Assembly (NCBI GenBank): GCA_039804205.1 | Contig: JBDRZY010000001.1 | Location: forward strand, 222,198 to 286,197 | Direction of reading: 5' to 3' | Length of the DNA: 64,000 nt | Source of the DNA: a candidate division WOR-3 bacterium | GTDB lineage: Bacteria > Hydrothermota > 32-111 | Part shown: piece by piece, positions 58,785 through 64,000 of the stretch | How the letters are laid out: every line of letters begins with the position of its first letter | Position numbering within the stretch: the stretch's first letter is position 1 | Notes under the pieces: generated by a model | What the model saw: the letters and a program-made list of their open reading frames with translations, nothing else | Told to the model about the DNA's origin: nothing | The model's database searches: none | Translations under genes and position numbers: made by a program

Positions 58785-59534
58785 ATGTCAGGACATAATA
58801 AGTGGAGTACGATAAAAAGGAAAAAAGCAGTAGAGGATAACAAAAGAGGTCAGATCTTTACAAAACTTATAAAAGAGATAACACTTGCTGCAAGAGAAGG
58901 TGGTGGTGATCCTGAATTGAACGCAAGGTTAAGGGCTGCGATTGCTGCTGCTAAAAAAGCGAATATGCCGGCAGATAATATAGATAGAGCGATAAAAAAA
59001 GGAACAGGAGAATTGCCTGGAACAACATACGAAGAGGTTGTATATGGGGGTTATGGACCAGGCGGAGCAGCTATACTGATTGATGTTGTAACGGACAACA
59101 AGAATAGAACAACTGGAGAACTCAGACACATATTTACGAGATTTGGAAAAGAGTTGGGGGATGTCAGTTCAGTGTCATGGATGTTTGAAAAGAAGGGACT
59201 CATTGAAATCGATGGCAACAAATACAAATTCGATGATATAATGGAAATAGCGATCGATGCTGGTGGAGAGGATGTGGTAACAACGGGTGATGTAATACAG
59301 GTTTATACTGCACCTGAGGATCTTTACAGAGTTAAAAAAGTTTTTGATGATAAAAAGATAGAAACTACAAATGTAACACTCACAAAAAAAGCACAATCAA
59401 CAGTTCAACTCAACGAAAACGATGCATCGGTTATGCTAAAACTTATAGATGCACTTGAGGATCATGATGATGTTCAAAATGTTTACTCGAATTTTGATAT
59501 ATCCGATGAACTCATGGAGAAATTGAGCAAGTGA
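58785..59534 (+). CDS. yebC: YebC/PmpR family DNA-binding transcriptional regulator
   Basis: MSGHNKWSTIKRKKAVEDNKRGQIFTKL N-terminus. 249 aa. Confidence 0.9.
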   Translation: MSGHNKWSTIKRKKAVEDNKRGQIFTKLIKEITLAAREGGGDPELNARLRAAIAAAKKANMPADNIDRAIKKGTGELPGTTYEEVVYGGYGPGGAAILIDVVTDNKNRTTGELRHIFTRFGKELGDVSSVSWMFEKKGLIEIDGNKYKFDDIMEIAIDAGGEDVVTTGDVIQVYTAPEDLYRVKKVFDDKKIETTNVTLTKKAQSTVQLNENDASVMLKLIDALEDHDDVQNVYSNFDISDELMEKLSK

Positions 59535-60004
59535 AAGTGATAGGTTTTGATCCAAGTTTAAAACAGACAGGTTATGCGATAGTAAACGATAGTTTAAAAA
59601 TCATCACAGCGGGAATAATTAAAACGGATTCTGAAGAAAAATTCGAAAACAGGTTATACGAGATATTTTATGAATCGGATTCTATACTTCAAAAGTTTAA
59701 ACCTGAATTTGCTGTTTTTGAAGAATCTTTTTATCATAAGAATGTCAAAACAACTTCAATACTTTCCATGGTTCGTTCAGCATTGATCGTCTCCTGCGTG
59801 AAAAATGGAACAAAGATTAAATTCTTTTCTCCAAATCTGATAAAAAAATCGGTCACGGGAAGGGGACATTCAACAAAAGAACAGGTCCAATTTATGGTGA
59901 AAACTATTTTTAAAATAGAAAAGAATTTACCTTACGATGTTTCTGATGCACTTGCTGTCACTTATACTTTTTTGAATAGAAAAGATTATGAACTGGTACA
60001 TTAA
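59531..60004 (+). CDS. ruvC: crossover junction endodeoxyribonuclease RuvC
   Basis: VIGFDPSLKQTGYAIV. Catalytic D/E positions conserved. Confidence 0.9.
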   Translation: MKVIGFDPSLKQTGYAIVNDSLKIITAGIIKTDSEEKFENRLYEIFYESDSILQKFKPEFAVFEESFYHKNVKTTSILSMVRSALIVSCVKNGTKIKFFSPNLIKKSVTGRGHSTKEQVQFMVKTIFKIEKNLPYDVSDALAVTYTFLNRKDYELVH

Positions 60005-60548
60005 AGGCGTTTTGACTGAAAAAATACTTCCATTCATCATCGTTGAGAATAATGGTATTGGATACAAGTTGAGAGTCTCTTTTACAACATTTTCATCTCT
60101 TCCCGATCCTGGTAAAGAGGTTAAAATTTTTACATATCTTTCATTGAAAAATGAGGAGTTTGAAATTTTTGGGTTTTCATCATCAAAAGAGAGGGATATG
60201 TTTTTAAAGTTGATCGAGATTCCAAAAATCGGTCCCAAAACAGCGTTGTCAATATTCAATACACTTTCTGTTGAAGAGTTTGAAAATGCGGTGAACAACT
60301 CTGATCCTAAAATACTTGCAAGAGCAAAAAATGTGAGCAAGAAACTTGCAGAATCGATCATCCTTGAACTTTCAGGGAAAGTTTCAGTGGAGAAAAAGGG
60401 AATAGCAAAAGATGCTTACGATGCACTCAAATCACTTGGATTCTCCGATAAGGATATCTCTCCAATTTTGAATGATGTTTTAAAAAATGTTGGTGATTCT
60501 GAGAATGTTGAAGAAATAATCAAAGAGGTTCTAAAGAGGTTAGGATGA
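59988..60548 (+). CDS. ruvA: Holliday junction DNA helicase RuvA
   Basis: OB-fold N-terminus (GIGYKLRVS). HhH motifs ([12 protein letters not shown]). C-terminal domain III. Confidence 0.85.
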   Translation: MNWYIKGVLTEKILPFIIVENNGIGYKLRVSFTTFSSLPDPGKEVKIFTYLSLKNEEFEIFGFSSSKERDMFLKLIEIPKIGPKTALSIFNTLSVEEFENAVNNSDPKILARAKNVSKKLAESIILELSGKVSVEKKGIAKDAYDALKSLGFSDKDISPILNDVLKNVGDSENVEEIIKEVLKRLG

Positions 60549-61558
60549 ACAAAGAGATAATATCTTCAGATCGGTTGAATGAAGATAATGAGATAGAGGA
60601 AAGTTTAAGACCAAAATTCCTTGATTCGTTTATCGGACAGGAGAAATTAAAGGAGAATCTTAAAATTTCTATAGAATCAGCAAGGATAAGAAATGACGTT
60701 TTGGATCATATACTTTTTTTTGGTCCTCCCGGACTTGGTAAAACAACGTTGTCCTATATCATAGCAAATGAACTCGGTGTAAAAATATATTCAACCAGTG
60801 GTCCAATACTTGAAAGGCCAGGAGATCTTGCGGGTATTTTAACAAAACTTGAAAAGGGAGATGTTCTGTTTATAGATGAGATTCACCGTGTGAACAGGAT
60901 AGTTGAAGAGTATCTCTATCCCGCAATGGAAGATTTTGTTCTTGATATAATGCTTGATTCTGGACCTTCGGCAAGGAGCATAAAAATAAAGATAAAGCCC
61001 TTTACCCTTATAGGTGCAACAACAAGGAGTGGACTTTTAACATCTCCTTTAAGATCAAGATTTGGAATGAGCCATAGGCTTGATTTTTACTCTGATGATG
61101 ATCTAAAAAATATTTTGAAAAGATCAGCAAAGATACTGGGAATAGATTCAAACGAGGAAGGTCTAACAGAGATAGCGAAAAGGTCGAGAGGAACTCCAAG
61201 AATTGCAAACAGGCTTTTAAAAAGGGTCAGAGATTTTGCCATAGTCAAAAGTAAAGGGTTCATCGATAAAGAAACAGTTGTGAGTGCTATGAAAATGTTT
61301 GATGTTGATGAACTCGGTCTGGATGAACTGAGTGTTACAATATTGAAAACGATAATTGAAAAATACAATGGCGGTCCTGTTGGTATATCAACCCTTGCAA
61401 TATCCGTTGGTGAAACCGCAGAAACTCTTGAAGAGGTCTATGAACCATTTTTGATTATGAAAGGACTGTTGAAAAGAACCCAAAGGGGAAGAGTTGCAAC
61501 AAAGTTAGCTTTTGAACATCTTGGATTCAAATATGAAGGAGGGCTATTTGATATATAA
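60545..61558 (+). CDS. ruvB: Holliday junction DNA helicase RuvB
   Basis: [33 protein letters not shown], and the winged-helix C-terminus. Confidence 0.95.
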   Translation: MNKEIISSDRLNEDNEIEESLRPKFLDSFIGQEKLKENLKISIESARIRNDVLDHILFFGPPGLGKTTLSYIIANELGVKIYSTSGPILERPGDLAGILTKLEKGDVLFIDEIHRVNRIVEEYLYPAMEDFVLDIMLDSGPSARSIKIKIKPFTLIGATTRSGLLTSPLRSRFGMSHRLDFYSDDDLKNILKRSAKILGIDSNEEGLTEIAKRSRGTPRIANRLLKRVRDFAIVKSKGFIDKETVVSAMKMFDVDELGLDELSVTILKTIIEKYNGGPVGISTLAISVGETAETLEEVYEPFLIMKGLLKRTQRGRVATKLAFEHLGFKYEGGLFDI

Positions 61559-61760
61559 AGTCCTTTTTTTGTTATCCTTCTTCTTTCTGATAACAGGTAT
61601 TATTTTCTTTATACTTGAAAAGATTAATTTTAAAAATCCTTTTGATTTCAAAATAGAAAGGGAAAACTTTAAATTTTATTTTCCACTTGGAACATCGATA
61701 ATAGTTTCAGTAATTCTAACCATAATCTTAAACATCATTTTAAGAATCTTCAAAAAATGA
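61533..61760 (+). CDS. small hydrophobic (2-TM) protein, uncertain
   Basis: The ORF overlaps the ruvB 3' end. Two clear TM segments. No SD. Could be a real membrane peptide or a chance ORF. Confidence 0.3.
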   Translation: MKEGYLIYKVLFLLSFFFLITGIIFFILEKINFKNPFDFKIERENFKFYFPLGTSIIVSVILTIILNIILRIFKK

Positions 61761-62779
61761 GTTTTAATATCTCAGATTATGACTTTCATTTACCAAAAGA
61801 ACTTATCGCTTTTCATCCCACAGAAAAGGGAAAAAGTAGATTACTCGTTGTTGACAGGAATAGAAAAAACTTTTTTGAAAAAAATTTTTCAGATATAAGT
61901 GATATAATCCCACAGAACTCGATTCTTGTAAGAAACATAACAAAGGTTGCAAAAGCGAGAATATTTGGTAAAAAGGAAACAGGTGGTAAAGTTGAAATCC
62001 TTATAACCGACCCTTTTTCTGAGGGAAAGATTTTCAAAGCACTTATAAAAACAAGAAAAAAGTTGAAAGAACAGGAAAGAATATTTTTAGATGATAACAA
62101 TTTTATTGAAATAATATCAAAGGATAAGGAAGAATATAAAATTAAAATTCCGTTTGAAAATAAAGAGTTATTTTTTGAAAAATATGGACATGTTCCATTA
62201 CCTCCCTATATAAAACGTAAAGATCAAGAAGATGATGTTTTTAACTATCAAACATGTTATGCAAAAATGATCGGTTCATCAGCTGCTCCAACAGCAGGTT
62301 TGCATTTTACAGATGAAATTTTGAATTCGTTAAAAAACAGAGGAATTGAAATAGTTGATCTTATATTGCACATAGGACTTGGGACCTTTCAACCTGTTAA
62401 AGTTGAAGATATAAGAAAACATAGAATGCATAGTGAATATATTGAAATAAACGAAGAATCTGTGAACAGGTTGAATGATTCGAAGAAAAAGAACAGAAAA
62501 ATAGTTGCTGTTGGAACGACGAGTTTAAGGACGCTTGAAACGAGTTTTGATGGAGAAAAATTTTTACCCAAAAAAGGTTTTACAGATATTTTTATATACC
62601 CTCCCTATGAAATAAAATCGACAGATATACTCATAACAAACTTTCATCTTCCAAAATCCACTCTGCTTATGCTTGTCTCAGCTTTTGCAGGAAGAGAACT
62701 TATTCTTGAAGCGTACAGGTTTGCTATAGAAAAAAAATTTAGATTTTTCTCTTATGGTGATGCGATGGTGATATTATGA
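61757..62779 (+). CDS. queA: S-adenosylmethionine:tRNA ribosyltransferase-isomerase
   Basis: FDFHLPKELIA, PTAGLHFT and VGTTSLRTLE. Confidence 0.9.
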   Translation: MSFNISDYDFHLPKELIAFHPTEKGKSRLLVVDRNRKNFFEKNFSDISDIIPQNSILVRNITKVAKARIFGKKETGGKVEILITDPFSEGKIFKALIKTRKKLKEQERIFLDDNNFIEIISKDKEEYKIKIPFENKELFFEKYGHVPLPPYIKRKDQEDDVFNYQTCYAKMIGSSAAPTAGLHFTDEILNSLKNRGIEIVDLILHIGLGTFQPVKVEDIRKHRMHSEYIEINEESVNRLNDSKKKNRKIVAVGTTSLRTLETSFDGEKFLPKKGFTDIFIYPPYEIKSTDILITNFHLPKSTLLMLVSAFAGRELILEAYRFAIEKKFRFFSYGDAMVIL

Positions 62780-63843
62780 ATGATCTGTTCAAGGTAGTAA
62801 AAAAGAATGGTAAAAAAAGGCTGGGACTTTTAAAAACATCACATGGAACAGTTGAAACACCAAATTTGATGTTTGTTGCAACTCAGGCGAGTGTTAAGGC
62901 GATGTCAGCAAAAGATCTTCTCGACTGGGGAGTTCAGTTTTTGATCACAAACACATACCATCTTTATCTCAGACCAGGTCTTGAAATAATAAAAGAAGCG
63001 GGAGGGATACATAAATTTATGGGATGGGAAAGAACATTGTTTTCAGATTCTGGTGGGTTTCAAATATTTTCACTTTCAAAGTTGAGAAAATTTAAGGACA
63101 ATGGGGTTGTCTTTCAATCACATATTGACGGTTCATATCATGAATTTACACCTGAAAACAATGTTGATATGCAAAGGATTCTTGGAACAGATGTTATGAT
63201 GGTTCTCGATGAATGTATGGAGTTTCCGGTGACTTATGAGTATGCAAAACATTCAGTTAAAAGAACACTTGATTGGGCAAAGAGAGCAAGAGAACAGTTT
63301 TTAAAAACTACTCCTCTTTATGGGTATAAACAGTATCAGTTCGGAATAATACAGGGGTCTATTTTTGAAAACCTTAGAGAGTATTGTTCAGAAAAACTTC
63401 AAGAAATTGCTTTTGATGGTTATGCTATGGGAGGTGTTGCAATAGGTGAATCAAAGGAATATATAAGAAAAGTTATCGATATGGGAGATTCAATAATGCC
63501 AGAAGATAAACCGAGGTATCTTATGGGTGTTGGAGAAGAGGATGATATCGTTTATGCTGTTGAAAATGGTTTTGACATTTTTGATTGTGTTGTGCCAACA
63601 AGAAATGCAAGAAACGGTGCTCTTTTTACAGAAAAAGGTAAAATTTTGATAAAGAACGCAAAATATAAACATGATTTTTCTCCTGTTGAGGATGGATGTG
63701 GTTGCCATCTTTGCAAAAACTATTCAAGGGCTTATTTACACCATCTGTTCAAAGCTGAAGAAATGCTTGCAGGTATTTTAGCAACAGAACATAATATAAA
63801 CTATTACATGAGATTGATGAAAAGGATAAGGGATTCGATTTAA
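62776..63843 (+). CDS. tgt: tRNA-guanine(34) transglycosylase
   Basis: TPNLMFV, DSGGFQ, LMGVG. Zn site CxCxxC...H (CGCHLC...H). Confidence 0.9.
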   Translation: MNDLFKVVKKNGKKRLGLLKTSHGTVETPNLMFVATQASVKAMSAKDLLDWGVQFLITNTYHLYLRPGLEIIKEAGGIHKFMGWERTLFSDSGGFQIFSLSKLRKFKDNGVVFQSHIDGSYHEFTPENNVDMQRILGTDVMMVLDECMEFPVTYEYAKHSVKRTLDWAKRAREQFLKTTPLYGYKQYQFGIIQGSIFENLREYCSEKLQEIAFDGYAMGGVAIGESKEYIRKVIDMGDSIMPEDKPRYLMGVGEEDDIVYAVENGFDIFDCVVPTRNARNGALFTEKGKILIKNAKYKHDFSPVEDGCGCHLCKNYSRAYLHHLFKAEEMLAGILATEHNINYYMRLMKRIRDSI

Positions 63844-63889
63844 AATTTGATCATAAATTCTAGAAAATTTATTATCTTTGAAAAAGGTT

Positions 63890-64000
63890 CTATTGTCTCT
63901 TTATTCTTTCTCTTTTGTATCTATATCTTCCGTAAACAGAAGGAATATGGTATAAGGGCAAACCAGATATTGTTTTTTCACTTTTTTTGTCGATTCCAAA
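63890..64000 (-). CDS. 3' end of an unidentified minus-strand CDS (continues beyond the window)
   Basis: Open frame on the minus strand ending ...LPLYHIPSVYGRYRYKRERIKRQ* with its stop at 63890-63892. Too short to classify. Confidence 0.2.
   Translation of the reverse strand, partial: FGIDKKSEKTISGLPLYHIPSVYGRYRYKRERIKRQ

Noticed and set aside
166-63708. About 60 short ORFs (60-170 aa) on the strand opposite to, or out of frame within, strong conserved genes (e.g. 166..354-, 1006..1236-, 7983..8489-, 22273..22620+, 26129..26704+, 45875..46351-, 61087..61368-)
   Set aside because: They lie entirely inside well-supported genes and have low-complexity, AT-codon-driven composition with no start context. 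They are typical shadow ORFs of an AT-rich genome.
1-64000. CRISPR arrays, IS elements, transposases, integrases, prophage genes
   Set aside because: No regularly spaced direct repeats were seen, and no recombinase- or transposase-like translations appear in the six-frame track.
63890-64000. Identification of the minus-strand partial ORF at the right edge
   Set aside because: Only 37 codons are visible, so no family can be assigned. It is listed only as a low-confidence partial CDS.

Overview
This is a 64 kb window from a very AT-rich, gene-dense bacterial chromosome. About 95% is coding, genes commonly overlap by 4 to 40 bp, and I found no CRISPR array, IS element, transposase, integrase or rRNA. 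Most of the content is core metabolism and housekeeping. The left end carries a partial ispG, glyA, an aminotransferase, a D-2-hydroxyacid dehydrogenase and an MscS channel. A long minus-strand operon follows: znuBCA-like metal uptake, rarA, a LutC-like gene, a short zinc-ribbon gene, ptsN, a FadL/PorP-like OMP, buk, a citD-citE-like fusion, a GT4 glycosyltransferase and pfk. Further right are the rpsP–KH–rimM–trmD–rplS–rnhB–yraN ribosomal/RNA-processing cluster, rnhA, nnr, pyrKDFE, yebC, ruvCAB and queA–tgt. Two tRNA genes, Ala-CGC and Val-CAC, flank a 5 kb segment that holds a 1222-aa tandem-cyclase/STAND-ATPase/TPR signalling protein. Several features point to a diderm of the FCB (Bacteroidota-like) group, and all of them are inferred from motifs only. 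A SusC-type TonB-dependent receptor with an N-terminal CarboxypepD_reg-like domain sits under a cobalamin riboswitch. It is followed by a YVTN-type beta-propeller lipoprotein. Secreted proteins, including a peptidase C25-like protein, carry T9SS-type C-terminal domains. DUF58 and BatA_N proteins are present. Three observations are the most unusual. An in-frame TAA in the anaerobic RNR gene nrdD separates its glycyl-radical domain into a 55-codon mini-ORF just upstream of nrdG. A citrate-lyase ACP–beta-subunit (CitD–CitE) fusion lacks the prosthetic-group serine and sits between buk and a glycosyltransferase. The B12 riboswitch – TBDT – propeller-lipoprotein module is the third. Shadow ORFs on the opposite strand of strong genes are treated as artefacts.
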